Assembly: GCA_038870975.1 (NCBI GenBank)
Contig: JAVZJD010000002.1
Coordinates: forward strand, 64,001-128,000
Length of the DNA stretch: 64,000 nucleotides
DNA from: Candidatus Bathyarchaeia archaeon
GTDB lineage: Archaea; Thermoproteota; CALKCG01; B24
Direction: 5' to 3'
The notes below the pieces were generated by a model. It ran no database searches. It saw only the letters and a list, made by a program, of their open reading frames with translations, and was not told where the DNA came from. Shown here piece after piece: positions 1 through 10,065 of the stretch. The position numbers and the translations under genes were made by a program. Numbering within the stretch: the stretch's first letter is position 1; every line of letters starts with the position of its first letter.

Positions 1-311
1 AGCGTATAGGCTTTTCTTAGGATTCTCCAATTACCTCGTCATCGCCCCCTTCAGATAATTCTCAGAGCCGTTAAATCTTTCAACAAAGGGCTATTAAATG
101 CTACTCTTACAGCCGTCCATACTCTTCCAAAAGAATTATGATACTGTGTACTCACTATGAGCATCAACAGGTTAAAGCAGAGCCGTCTAAAACTTAGAAG
201 AGCCGTCGGTTTGGAGAGGATATTTAAGGTCCGATCATAAGACCGTGTTTAGAAGCTGTACTGGAAGAAGTAAAAAAGTATAATAACAGGGTTTCTGCAG
301 AAAGAAAAGAC

Positions 312-1538
312 GTGGATGTAATAAGTTTAAGATTTTCAGACATAAATGGAACTTTGAAGGAAGTCATAATTTCCGAAAAGCTTTTTGAAAAAGCAAACGT
401 CGAAGGTATATGGTTTGACGGTTCTTCGATAGAGGGCTTTGCAAGACGTTTTGAAAGCGATATGCGGCTTATCCCCGACACTTCTTCAAGCTACACGATT
501 AACGGTGTTAAATCATACTTCTGTGAAGTTTACAAGGCAGGTCAGCCGTTCGCTGGAGACCCCCGCATAGTCTTAAAAAGATTCTTACGCAAAGCCGAGG
601 AAAACTACAGGGTTAAACTAGTCGTGGCAGGTGAGCTTGAATTCTACCTTCTTAGAAATGGTGAAGCAATAGATACTGGAGGATACTTCGACGTATCTCC
701 GAGGGATAAAGCCAATCTTGTTAAAATTCGAATCGCTGAGAAGCTTACAGAAGCAGGGATAGAATGGAGTAGTGGACACCATGAGGTCGGGCCTGGTCAA
801 AACGAAATAGACATACTTCACGATTATGCTGTAAATACTGCTGATAAAATACTCTTGACGAAAAATATAATCAAACTCATATCTGAATCTGAGGGGCTGA
901 AGGCCGTTTTCATGCCTAAGCCATTCTATGGTATGCCTGGGAACGGCATGCATATACACTTAAGCCTCTGGAGTGGAAATGAAAACCTCTTCTACGATGA
1001 GAAGGGTCTCTATAGGCTTTCAGATTTCGCTATGAAGTTTATAGCTGGAATCTTTGAACATGCAGGAGCTATAACAGCCGTAGCAAATCCCACGATAAAC
1101 TCCTATAAGAGGCTTGGAGAATTTGAAGCACCTAAGTACGTTTACTGGGGTATGAAGAATAGAGATGCGTTAATAAGAGTTCCAGAATTCATCAGTAAGA
1201 ATTCAGCTAGGATAGAGTATAGAGCTTCAGACCCCTCTGCAAACCCCTACCTACTCTTCACAGCTCTGCTTGTAGCTGGTTTAGACGGCGTTGATAGGAA
1301 TCTGGAACCTCCAGAGCCCATTGAAACAGACATATATGAAAGTGGGCTATATAAGAGTCTGCCAACATTACCTTCAACACTGAAGGAATCTCTAGAAGCG
1401 CTTAGAAGAGACTCCGTTATACACAGTAGTTTAGGTGAGGCTGGTGAAAACCTCATAAACCTCAAATTGAAAGAATGGGAAGAGTACACCTGTAGGAAAA
1501 TAACAGATTGGGAAAGGGAGAAATACATCGACGTGTAG
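312..1538 (+). CDS. glnA: Glutamine synthetase type I (true start probably upstream, about 234-261)
   Basis: FDGSSIEGF, ELEFY, HHEVGPGQNEI, FMPKP, GNGMHIH, NSYKRL, IEYRASDPSANPY motifs. Confidence 0.93.
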   Translation: MDVISLRFSDINGTLKEVIISEKLFEKANVEGIWFDGSSIEGFARRFESDMRLIPDTSSSYTINGVKSYFCEVYKAGQPFAGDPRIVLKRFLRKAEENYRVKLVVAGELEFYLLRNGEAIDTGGYFDVSPRDKANLVKIRIAEKLTEAGIEWSSGHHEVGPGQNEIDILHDYAVNTADKILLTKNIIKLISESEGLKAVFMPKPFYGMPGNGMHIHLSLWSGNENLFYDEKGLYRLSDFAMKFIAGIFEHAGAITAVANPTINSYKRLGEFEAPKYVYWGMKNRDALIRVPEFISKNSARIEYRASDPSANPYLLFTALLVAGLDGVDRNLEPPEPIETDIYESGLYKSLPTLPSTLKESLEALRRDSVIHSSLGEAGENLINLKLKEWEEYTCRKITDWEREKYIDV

Positions 1539-1580
1539 GCTTCACAGTAATAGAGTTTAGATCAGTGTTACGTAGCTTCT

Positions 1581-2951
1581 TCACCTTTTGAGGAGAAGTA
1601 CAATAATGCCAATCGTAATAACTACCCCTACTAACAATAGGATGAGTTGAGAGTAATCTCTCCTCCAAACAGCATGTATCTCTCTATGCTCATCAACGTA
1701 TACTTCAATAGTCCTCTCATCAACTATTCTATCTTCGGGTTTAAGTCCTTCGAAGTGGTCGAATACGTTTAAAACTAGAAAGCCAGTTCTCAACTTGCTT
1801 AATTTCACGGTAGCGTATGTACCCTTATGGTACCATCCAGATCCTAAGGCATCACCATAATCGGTGATTACAGAGACGTAATACATATCCTCTTTCGGAA
1901 TCAATGCGTTTAAGAGTTCTTCTCTCCACCTCCCTCTTACAGGATCGTAAACTCCGAAACCAGCGCAGAATTCCCAGTAGCACCAGGCAATATTCCTCTT
2001 TTCAGCTTCTCTAGCTACGAAATAAGTCCATCTAATCCTAGAATTAATATCCGCTTTACTATACGCTCCGAATTCTCCGAGGAGGAGTGTGATATTACCA
2101 TGCTTTATAGACCATTGAACCGCTATATCTAATTCATCTCTAATCTGTTTCTTTTCAGCCTCAGTTCCAAGCCACCTCCTTCCAACAGGTGGAGAAGGAT
2201 TAACCCACTCAGCACCCTGATGTGTAAATTCAAAGGGTGTGTAGAAGTGGAATGTAACTATTATATTCTCATCGCCTTCAGGTATCTTCAGATCTCTAAG
2301 CCTATAAACGCTATTCCAATCCACCGGGCCTACTACGATCTTCCTCGTAGGGTTTGTCTCCCTTATGATTTTAATTGTATCCGTAAGGAGTTCATTCCAT
2401 ATTTCGCTAGTTAAAGCTCCACTGGGCTCATTGAGCAATTCAAAATACAGGTTTTCAGGATAATCCTCGTAGTGTTCAGCTATCTGCCTCCATAGGGCTA
2501 TGAAACGCTCTCTATGTTTTACAGGATCCTGCATAATCTCCTCATAGTGATGGATGTTTATTATAACTATTAGGCTCTGCTCTAAAGCCTTATTCACAAC
2601 GTGATCAACTCTTGCGAAGAAGCTTTCATCAATCTTATAGGGTGGATTTTGATCCGCGTGAGCTGACCATCTTATCGGAATTCTAACTGTGTCAAACCCC
2701 GCCTCTCTTATTATACTGAGGTACTCATCTCTTATGTAGACACCCCACTCTCCTTCTCTAGGGGCTTCCAATGCATTCCCGATGTTTATCCCCCTACGCA
2801 TATAAACTCCAGTCTGCTCTCCACTTTCAGCAAATGAATAGGTGCAACGATTAAATTCCAAAGATACAACATAAGAGACCAGTAGAATAAAAATTGCTAG
2901 GTGAATTCTACAATACTTCAAAATACCACCTCTACAGTCTCTATTTTCCAA
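1581..2951 (-). CDS. GH5 endoglucanase/mannanase (Thermotoga Cel5A-like), secreted, C-terminal membrane anchor
   Basis: GINIGNALEAP, RIPIRW, IHHYEE, LLNEP (acid/base), HFYTPFEFTHQGAEW, GEFG (nucleophile), WEFCAGFG; hydrophobic N- and C-termini. Confidence 0.93.
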   Translation of the reverse strand: MENRDCRGGILKYCRIHLAIFILLVSYVVSLEFNRCTYSFAESGEQTGVYMRRGINIGNALEAPREGEWGVYIRDEYLSIIREAGFDTVRIPIRWSAHADQNPPYKIDESFFARVDHVVNKALEQSLIVIINIHHYEEIMQDPVKHRERFIALWRQIAEHYEDYPENLYFELLNEPSGALTSEIWNELLTDTIKIIRETNPTRKIVVGPVDWNSVYRLRDLKIPEGDENIIVTFHFYTPFEFTHQGAEWVNPSPPVGRRWLGTEAEKKQIRDELDIAVQWSIKHGNITLLLGEFGAYSKADINSRIRWTYFVAREAEKRNIAWCYWEFCAGFGVYDPVRGRWREELLNALIPKEDMYYVSVITDYGDALGSGWYHKGTYATVKLSKLRTGFLVLNVFDHFEGLKPEDRIVDERTIEVYVDEHREIHAVWRRDYSQLILLLVGVVITIGIIVLLLKR

Positions 2952-3015
2952 CGAGTTTAATTAACCTTAAGGAGGTTTTCATAGCGGGTCTTTATATCTG
3001 CTAGGAAACTGGGCA

Positions 3016-4167
3016 TCATATCTTAGATTTAACACGTAACATAACGAATATCGCGGTTATTATCCATGAAATCGCCGAAGCTATTGCGAATGTTATTCTA
3101 GACTCATAGAGCATATACTCCTCTCTAGTCATTATCTGAAATCTCCGATGATCGGTTCTTGCTGTGGAAAACGGTCTAAATACTTCTTCAATCTCAACTC
3201 CACGGACCTCTATATAGGCCGGGTCGTTAACACCTAATCCTCTCTCCGCGGCCATTTTAAGCGTTGGAATAAGCCTCGGATTAAAGCCCATTATGAGTGC
3301 AGCTATCGAATCGGTAGCTACGGGGTCTTTTCCAATAATAATTAAACCCATATTTACAGGCGTTCCCTGTGTTGGACCCAACCCCTCCATAGCTACTATC
3401 CCATCTATTATCGTGAGGTTTATCGGTCTAATGGTAGCTAAATCCGTTATCGGCGCAGCCATATAGGTTCCTCCAAGCCTATTATCAGCCTCATGTAGCC
3501 TCCATTTTGGACTACCGTAAACCGACGACGGTGGAATCCCTATAAGGTTTTTCAAACCAAGTGTTACAACAGCATCACTATGAGTCTTTAAACATGCTAG
3601 TGAGATGAAGAAGTCGATTTCAAATAACCGCTTGTTTAAAGTTATGTTTTGAAGAGCTCTACCGTTAGGTACAGTTACGTTAACGAATTCTCCAACGTTT
3701 AAATCGACTAATTCGACTCCACTACTTAAGGCTACATCTAAGAGCCCTAGTATTCTAAGGTTTTCCAGCGTATTCCCTTCTCCGCTCCCCTCTGCTACTG
3801 CGATCTGAGAAGAACCCATAGACTTAAGTAGGTTTATTAAGGCTCTCAGAGTTTCCGGGTGGGTTGTCGCAGGTGGAGTGTGAGCTCCGACTACATTGGG
3901 TTTAATCATAATCTTATAACCGGGTTTTATATAGTCCTCTAAATTGAGGAGATGGAAAGCCTCACTTAAAGCTTCATATACGTTCGTCCTCTCAGCTTTA
4001 ACGACTGCTACAACGGCTTTACTCTCCCCTCTGAATTTGAGGTCTCTGAGGGCTTCATCGGGGTTTTTAGCCGTATATGCATATATAGTGAGAGCTGTAA
4101 ATATACAGGATATTGAAAGGAATATGATTATAAGCAGTCTACTAAAACCATACGGCATATCCTTCAA
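3016..4167 (-). CDS. DUF362-family protein with N- and C-terminal transmembrane helices
   Basis: IKPN, TTHP, VAEGSG, LKTH, TLGLKN, IIDGIVAMEGLGP, DPVATD motifs. Confidence 0.85.
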   Translation of the reverse strand: MKDMPYGFSRLLIIIFLSISCIFTALTIYAYTAKNPDEALRDLKFRGESKAVVAVVKAERTNVYEALSEAFHLLNLEDYIKPGYKIMIKPNVVGAHTPPATTHPETLRALINLLKSMGSSQIAVAEGSGEGNTLENLRILGLLDVALSSGVELVDLNVGEFVNVTVPNGRALQNITLNKRLFEIDFFISLACLKTHSDAVVTLGLKNLIGIPPSSVYGSPKWRLHEADNRLGGTYMAAPITDLATIRPINLTIIDGIVAMEGLGPTQGTPVNMGLIIIGKDPVATDSIAALIMGFNPRLIPTLKMAAERGLGVNDPAYIEVRGVEIEEVFRPFSTARTDHRRFQIMTREEYMLYESRITFAIASAISWIITAIFVMLRVKSKI

Positions 4168-4177
4168 AAAGTATAAT

Positions 4178-5323
4178 CTGCAACATCACTTTAAAGGTTT
4201 CGTAGCAATCTATACGGCGGGTTTTACTCAAACTTTCATAGCTACTCTCAATTACACTATGATGATTATTTGGCTGGGTTCTTCAAACGGAGGATTATGT
4301 CCTGCTCTATCGATGGGACGAGCCGTATATTATGCTTGGCTCCTCTTAATATCGTATGATGCTACCGAATTGGTATTCAAGCCGATTTTAAGTCTTATAT
4401 CAGATAGATTTGGATGGAGGATTGCAATAATCCTATCAACTACCTCTCAAATACTTTCATCGGCCGTTCTAATTGGAGGTGAATTCCAAAATCTTCTATC
4501 ATCAAGAATTCTCCAAGGGATAGCTTCTTCGATATCACCTACTCTCATGGTTTTAACATCCAATCTAACCGACGACGGTGAACGCTACGTAGGTGTTTAC
4601 ATGGGTTTTAGGGGTTTAGGCTATCTATTGGTACCGCTATTAACGGCTGTTATGAAAGATCCGAGTAGACATTTCATAGCAACCATCACATCTATTCTAG
4701 CATTTTTACAGATAGCTCCATTAACTGTAAAAGTAGATTTAAAGTTTAGAAAAATGGATGTGTTTGATCTCAATATAGCTTTCCAGAGGAATACGTATCT
4801 GTTGTTTCTACTGACTGTATTGGCGTCTGTACTCATGGGTGTTAGATTCACATTAATACCTATAACTATGATTAAACGGGGGTTTACAACGCAAATCGTT
4901 AGTATGATTTTAACCTTAGGCTTCTTAATATGTATTATAGGTCAAGCGTCATCGGGGGTTTTAATCGAAAGTAAACATCTAATACCTTTAGCCTCCTCAG
5001 GCTTCATACTATCTACAGTAGGATTGATATACATACTTTTCGCAGTAAACCTCCTCGAACTACTGATCATATCTCTAACGGTAACTCTAGGGTCTGGTTT
5101 AGCATTACTATCGACGAATACATTGCTTACAAGAGAAGCTCGGAAGACGAATATAACTTCCACCCTAGGCTTAAACGGATTAGCACAGAGTATGGGGGAG
5201 CTCATAGGGTTGATCGTTGTCGCCCGGTTCTCGGAGATTAACTTCGATATAGCGTTAATACTAATCGTAATGTTTACGCTAGCTGGATTTATCATCTCCC
5301 TCTTTTTAAGAGGGAAATACTAG
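4178..5323 (+). CDS. MFS transporter (start uncertain; ORF-track start 3944 overlaps the divergent gene)
   Basis: Many hydrophobic helices; motif A-like LISDRFGWR; SRILQG. Confidence 0.75.
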   Translation: MQHHFKGFVAIYTAGFTQTFIATLNYTMMIIWLGSSNGGLCPALSMGRAVYYAWLLLISYDATELVFKPILSLISDRFGWRIAIILSTTSQILSSAVLIGGEFQNLLSSRILQGIASSISPTLMVLTSNLTDDGERYVGVYMGFRGLGYLLVPLLTAVMKDPSRHFIATITSILAFLQIAPLTVKVDLKFRKMDVFDLNIAFQRNTYLLFLLTVLASVLMGVRFTLIPITMIKRGFTTQIVSMILTLGFLICIIGQASSGVLIESKHLIPLASSGFILSTVGLIYILFAVNLLELLIISLTVTLGSGLALLSTNTLLTREARKTNITSTLGLNGLAQSMGELIGLIVVARFSEINFDIALILIVMFTLAGFIISLFLRGKY

Positions 5324-5439
5324 GGCGTTCGCTAAAAGCCTCTAACAGAATTTAAAGGTAATCTCCGTTTACTGCGTTAAATAAAAATCTACCCGATTAT
5401 TCATCATAGCTTTGATGGATTAAAATTTATACCTCTATA

Positions 5440-7071
5440 TCAAGTTATTGGAAGTATAAATAGGGGGGATGTTGTTAGAGTTAACTCATATATGCCATCT
5501 TCACACTCGCAGAATTCCTTTAAACCATATAGCTTCACAACTTCGAGCTTCTTAGCTTGTATATTCAATCTAATCGTATGTTTACGTCCAGTAGTCCAGC
5601 ATACGTATTTTTCAACACCCTGCTTATTTTCAAAAACTAGAATATAGTCGTTTCCATCTTCGGTTTGAACCCTCCCTCTAAAGTAGAATCCATCAAGTTG
5701 CGATATGAGAGTATATATAGCGTAGTACGCTGGTTTGATAAAGTACATCGGTCTTCCGTAGACCGATTTAAGCCCTTCATAGTCTGCTATTACACCAAAA
5801 TTATGTTCAGAGTCTTGAATACTAATCCCATCATCTTTCCAGTCGTAGAATACGCTTATATTAACACCATTCATAATGTTTACTAGGAACATTCTAACCG
5901 CGTACTCTGCCTGAGTCGTAATAGAGACCCTATTACCGTATGAGCCGCTAGTACAATAGCCCCATTCACTTGAAATTATAGGTTTAGAAGGAAATCCGTA
6001 TAGGGATAGAATCTCCTTCAACCTAGCGTAGTCTAAACCAACAGTTTCAGGGTTTGTACTCCTGTATGGGTGGATGGAAACGGCATCTACAAACTCCAAC
6101 ATACCCGATTTAAAGGTTTCTTCTAAAAACTTTAAATCGAAGCCACTTATACCAGGGGCTACTAGTTTAACGCCACCTACTTCCTCAGCAACCAAATGGA
6201 CAGCCTTCAATAGTCGAATGTAATCCTCTGGGTTGGGCTTAGGTCTCCAAAATTGAGCCAGATTAGGCTCATTCCAAAGCTCCCATATGATATCTTCACC
6301 TTTAAACTCTCTAAAAGATTCCAATGTAAACCTTGAAAAAGCCCCTCTGCCAGTGTCAGTATATGGTGCTAAACCTTCATCGTAGTATTGATTTCCATAG
6401 TCGAGTATGAAGAGAACCGTTATGTTCCGTTCTCTTAAAGCATCCACAAGCTTCTTGTATTCTCTAAAATTGTAGACGCCTCTTTCTCTTTCCACTTCAC
6501 TCCATAGAAAATCCATTCTAATCAAGTTTATACCAGCATACTTCATCATATCTAAATCTAATTCCCTAGGGGTTATGAAGTGTATGTTCACTCCAAACTT
6601 GTAGATAGTTTCCGAAAACTCCCGTCTCTCAATAACGGCGAGCAACCAAGGGTAGCATTCAAAGTTGTACTTAGGGTTTTCCGAAACCCCGTTAAACGTC
6701 CTCCCATAAAAGTGGCACTCCAAGAGATAGAGCATCGGCTCTAGAAGACTAGTATTTAAAGCCACTGCATATACCCTACTCTCCATAGCTTTAACTTTTA
6801 AACTAGACACTCTAACAGGTCTAGATGGATCGTCCATAGGCTTCAGGTAGATTTCAAAGGTGCCATCGCCGAGTGTAGGATTAGAAACCTTAAAGTACAT
6901 TTTCGCTTCTTCACCCTTTATAAACCAATTCTTAGCAGTGGTATCTGTACCCACGTAGACCAATTCTACAGACGGTTTAACAACGGACAGAATACTCACC
7001 GTAACGATTAGAATAGAAGTTGCAAGTACTAGTATCTTTATCGTCCGCCTTTTAAGGTGGGATTTATCCAA
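5440..7071 (-). CDS. Clan GH-A glycoside hydrolase (GH39/GH5-like) with N-terminal membrane anchor and Ig-like domain
   Basis: IRMDFLWSEVE, WELWNEPN, SIHPY, SEWGY, HNFG motifs; N-terminal TM. Confidence 0.82.
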   Translation of the reverse strand: MDKSHLKRRTIKILVLATSILIVTVSILSVVKPSVELVYVGTDTTAKNWFIKGEEAKMYFKVSNPTLGDGTFEIYLKPMDDPSRPVRVSSLKVKAMESRVYAVALNTSLLEPMLYLLECHFYGRTFNGVSENPKYNFECYPWLLAVIERREFSETIYKFGVNIHFITPRELDLDMMKYAGINLIRMDFLWSEVERERGVYNFREYKKLVDALRERNITVLFILDYGNQYYDEGLAPYTDTGRGAFSRFTLESFREFKGEDIIWELWNEPNLAQFWRPKPNPEDYIRLLKAVHLVAEEVGGVKLVAPGISGFDLKFLEETFKSGMLEFVDAVSIHPYRSTNPETVGLDYARLKEILSLYGFPSKPIISSEWGYCTSGSYGNRVSITTQAEYAVRMFLVNIMNGVNISVFYDWKDDGISIQDSEHNFGVIADYEGLKSVYGRPMYFIKPAYYAIYTLISQLDGFYFRGRVQTEDGNDYILVFENKQGVEKYVCWTTGRKHTIRLNIQAKKLEVVKLYGLKEFCECEDGIYELTLTTSPLFILPIT

Positions 7072-7123
7072 GGAGGATATCCAATTAACATTCTATTTGG
7101 GCTCTTCAGATCGGTATAGAGAG

Positions 7124-8263
7124 TTAGTAGGATTGAATTTTCAACTCAACTCTATACTCTTCAATCTTATCTTCTCTCACTTTAACCCCTAAGCCAGGTT
7201 TATCGGGTACTTTCACTTTAGCACCTTCAAACTCTAAACCATCTACTAAGAGGCTTTCAAGGAACTGTGGACCGTTTATATCGATCGGCGCTACTATGGG
7301 TAGGGTACTGAATAGATGTACGGAAGCAGTAAAACCGACACCACTTTCAGTCATGCCGCTGGCGAACAAGTCTACACCTACAGCCTCGGCTAAAGCAGAT
7401 ATCTTAAGATTGCCCATAATCCCAGATTTAGCCAGCTTTAAAACGATTAAATCTAATGCGTTAGCAGATATCAGTTTAACCAGATCATAGTGGCTAAAAA
7501 TGGACTCATCTACGGCTACTGGTATAGGGCTTTTTGAAATAATACGTTTAAGCCCTTCATAATCCCATGTTGGAACAGGCTGTTCGAGACATATTATCCT
7601 ATTGCTCATATCCGCTATAAGGTCTAGAAGCCTCCTTATGGAGAAGCTCGTATAAGCCTGATTGGCATCAGCCCATATCGTTGCATCTGGAACGGCCTCG
7701 CTGACGACTTTAAGCCTCTTTGCGTCTTCAGCAGGGTCACCCATAATCTTAACCTTAAAACACCTATAGCCTTTTGAAGCCATTTCCCTAGCGTAATCGG
7801 CCATAGCCTCAGGAGCACCGCTCATCATAGCTGAAAGCTCGACGTAGTCCGTTATCTTTCCACCTAAAAGCCTATGAATCGGTTGACCCGTTATCTTACC
7901 CATTACGTCGAATAAAGCCGTTTCGACAGCCGATTTAACGAATGGCTGGCCTGAGCTTACAACTGGAGTTAACAGTTTATCGAGCTTCTTCAGGATTAGG
8001 TTCAAACTGAATGGGTCCATACCTTTCAAAGCTGGAGCAATGTACTTCACAAGAGACGTATACGCAGACTCTAGTGTTTCATACATCCAAGTATGCATTA
8101 GTCTAGCCTCACCCCAGCCAATAGTACCGTCTGAAGTTTCAATTTTAACGTACAAGTGTTCTCCAGGTATACCCGGTTTACCTACGACGCCTCTAGAGAG
8201 TATGAAAGGCCTAATATACGGTATTTTGAGCGGATATGCCTCAATGCTTTTTATCGTAGACAT
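7124..8263 (-). CDS. Enolase superfamily, muconate-lactonizing/dipeptide-epimerase subgroup
   Basis: GWGE, KVK, DAN, EQP, DES, LKLAK, PDKPGLG. Confidence 0.88.
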   Translation of the reverse strand: MSTIKSIEAYPLKIPYIRPFILSRGVVGKPGIPGEHLYVKIETSDGTIGWGEARLMHTWMYETLESAYTSLVKYIAPALKGMDPFSLNLILKKLDKLLTPVVSSGQPFVKSAVETALFDVMGKITGQPIHRLLGGKITDYVELSAMMSGAPEAMADYAREMASKGYRCFKVKIMGDPAEDAKRLKVVSEAVPDATIWADANQAYTSFSIRRLLDLIADMSNRIICLEQPVPTWDYEGLKRIISKSPIPVAVDESIFSHYDLVKLISANALDLIVLKLAKSGIMGNLKISALAEAVGVDLFASGMTESGVGFTASVHLFSTLPIVAPIDINGPQFLESLLVDGLEFEGAKVKVPDKPGLGVKVREDKIEEYRVELKIQSY

Positions 8264-8304
8264 GGGAACACGTTTTAAAATCAGACCGCCGACTATTTAA
8301 GCAT

Positions 8305-10065
8305 TCAATAGCTGCTTTGAATCAGAGGTCTAATATTCTCAGCATATATACTTGTAACTTCTGATAATATTAAGCCCTCTAAGTCTCTCACCGGGTCGTT
8401 GACTGGGTACACGTTTATATATGGAGCCTTAACCAGAGCCTTAACCTCCTCTGGGTAGTCCCAGTCCTTTATGTAGAATACCGATATTCTATGTCCCCTA
8501 TTTCCAAACGCTTTAAGGTCTTCCAAAGCCTCTTTGAAATTCTGCCATCCACCGTCCGTGATAACTACTACAAAGCACTGTTCTCTGGCAATGTTTAAAA
8601 GTTTGCCTATAGTCTTAGTAGGCATTATCGTCAATTCTCTAAACTTCGACGAGAGTACCAGCTCCTTAAAATCGTCATCTACACTCCAATCAGCCACTAC
8701 ATGGTTTGTTGAGAAATTTACAACGGCTGTATTCCCACCAGCCCATTTAGCACTTAAATACGCTATGAAGCCTGCAATGGAAACCTTATCCAATATATTG
8801 CTCATACTGTAGCTCGTATCCAGAACAACCAGCACAGACGGTATGATATTCGTATGCAACTCACCGCCTCTACCAGCAGCCCTCATGTGCCATTTAACCG
8901 TTGTAACCTCCGGTATCATAGGGCCTTCATCTAGACTCGCCTCTATGTCTAAAGACTCTATGTCATCTTCAACATACCACTCCTCAGGATAGCTCTGTAT
9001 AATCCACGTCGGCTTAACCTCCCCCCTTGAAGCCAAGTACGTTATTAGAATGTTTTCAGCCCTAGCTCTATACCAGAGTCTCCTCCACAAGAGGTCTTTA
9101 ATGTCTAAAGGCATTTTCTCGAGGAGTTTACCGATGGAAGTGGGCAGTGTAAACTTTCCATGTCCTCTTCCAGCAGCCGCTTTATAGGCTTTACCGGGTT
9201 CTTTAGACGTATAGATGTGTTCTGCCTCTTCAGATTTACGTAGCGCGTCTCTGATTTTATCAGAAATTTTTTTAACGTCTTCCTCTCCCATCCTCGGCTT
9301 TATCCAGACTTCGTAGAAGGTTTTAGCATCTCTCTCGTTTTCAATGTTACTTAAGACTTGACTTATTCTTTTCACGGAGTCTGGATAGGCATCTTCAATA
9401 AGCGGAATATATCTTAACCCTAGTCTATCATTAGAAGGCTTCTTCAAAGTCCGCTTATTCTCCTGCATCTCTGCTCTTAAGAGGACGGCTGATATTGCCT
9501 TAATCTTACTCACCCAAGACTTAGGAGGCTTTATAGAGTCTGCCAACAATCTGCCTAGTATCTCCACCTCATCGTCTACAGGCTTATAGATTAAATCTGG
9601 GTAAAACTCCCTGTAAACCGCAAAAATCAGCTGCTCTAAACCTACTGGTTTACATCTGCTAAGATTATCACGTAAGTGATACGGCGTCTCATCGTATCTA
9701 TTCTTAAGATATATGCAGTCTACTTGGAAGTCTGAAAACATCGCCACAGCCGTATAAGCCAACCTACTATCCCGAAGAATGCTATAAGCTATTTTCTGCA
9801 AATAGTAGGCTGTTTTAGCATCGTAAGGGCAGTAGTGCATATGGGCTAGTGTATGTCTTAAAAGCCACAACAGTAGACGATATGGGTCTTTAGATTTGCT
9901 TAAAAGAACAGGGTTTACATTTAACTCTCCGTTTAAAACTTTCACGGGAATGTTCAACTTATCATTCAGTTTGAACTGAAGAGGTGGGAAGAACAATTCA
10001 GATTTAACTTTGGCGAAGACTTCCTTCATCGTTGAAGGGTCTATTTGGACAGTTTTTACCTCCAT
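8305..10065 (-). CDS. VWA-domain protein with degenerate metallopeptidase-like N-terminus
   Basis: MIDAS DTSYS, VITDGG; HTLAH near N-terminus; overlaps AAA gene. Confidence 0.75.
   Translation of the reverse strand: MEVKTVQIDPSTMKEVFAKVKSELFFPPLQFKLNDKLNIPVKVLNGELNVNPVLLSKSKDPYRLLLWLLRHTLAHMHYCPYDAKTAYYLQKIAYSILRDSRLAYTAVAMFSDFQVDCIYLKNRYDETPYHLRDNLSRCKPVGLEQLIFAVYREFYPDLIYKPVDDEVEILGRLLADSIKPPKSWVSKIKAISAVLLRAEMQENKRTLKKPSNDRLGLRYIPLIEDAYPDSVKRISQVLSNIENERDAKTFYEVWIKPRMGEEDVKKISDKIRDALRKSEEAEHIYTSKEPGKAYKAAAGRGHGKFTLPTSIGKLLEKMPLDIKDLLWRRLWYRARAENILITYLASRGEVKPTWIIQSYPEEWYVEDDIESLDIEASLDEGPMIPEVTTVKWHMRAAGRGGELHTNIIPSVLVVLDTSYSMSNILDKVSIAGFIAYLSAKWAGGNTAVVNFSTNHVVADWSVDDDFKELVLSSKFRELTIMPTKTIGKLLNIAREQCFVVVITDGGWQNFKEALEDLKAFGNRGHRISVFYIKDWDYPEEVKALVKAPYINVYPVNDPVRDLEGLILSEVTSIYAENIRPLIQSSY

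Noticed and set aside
3944-4177. N-terminal extension of the MFS ORF
   Set aside because: Antisense to the DUF362 coding sequence and not MFS-like.
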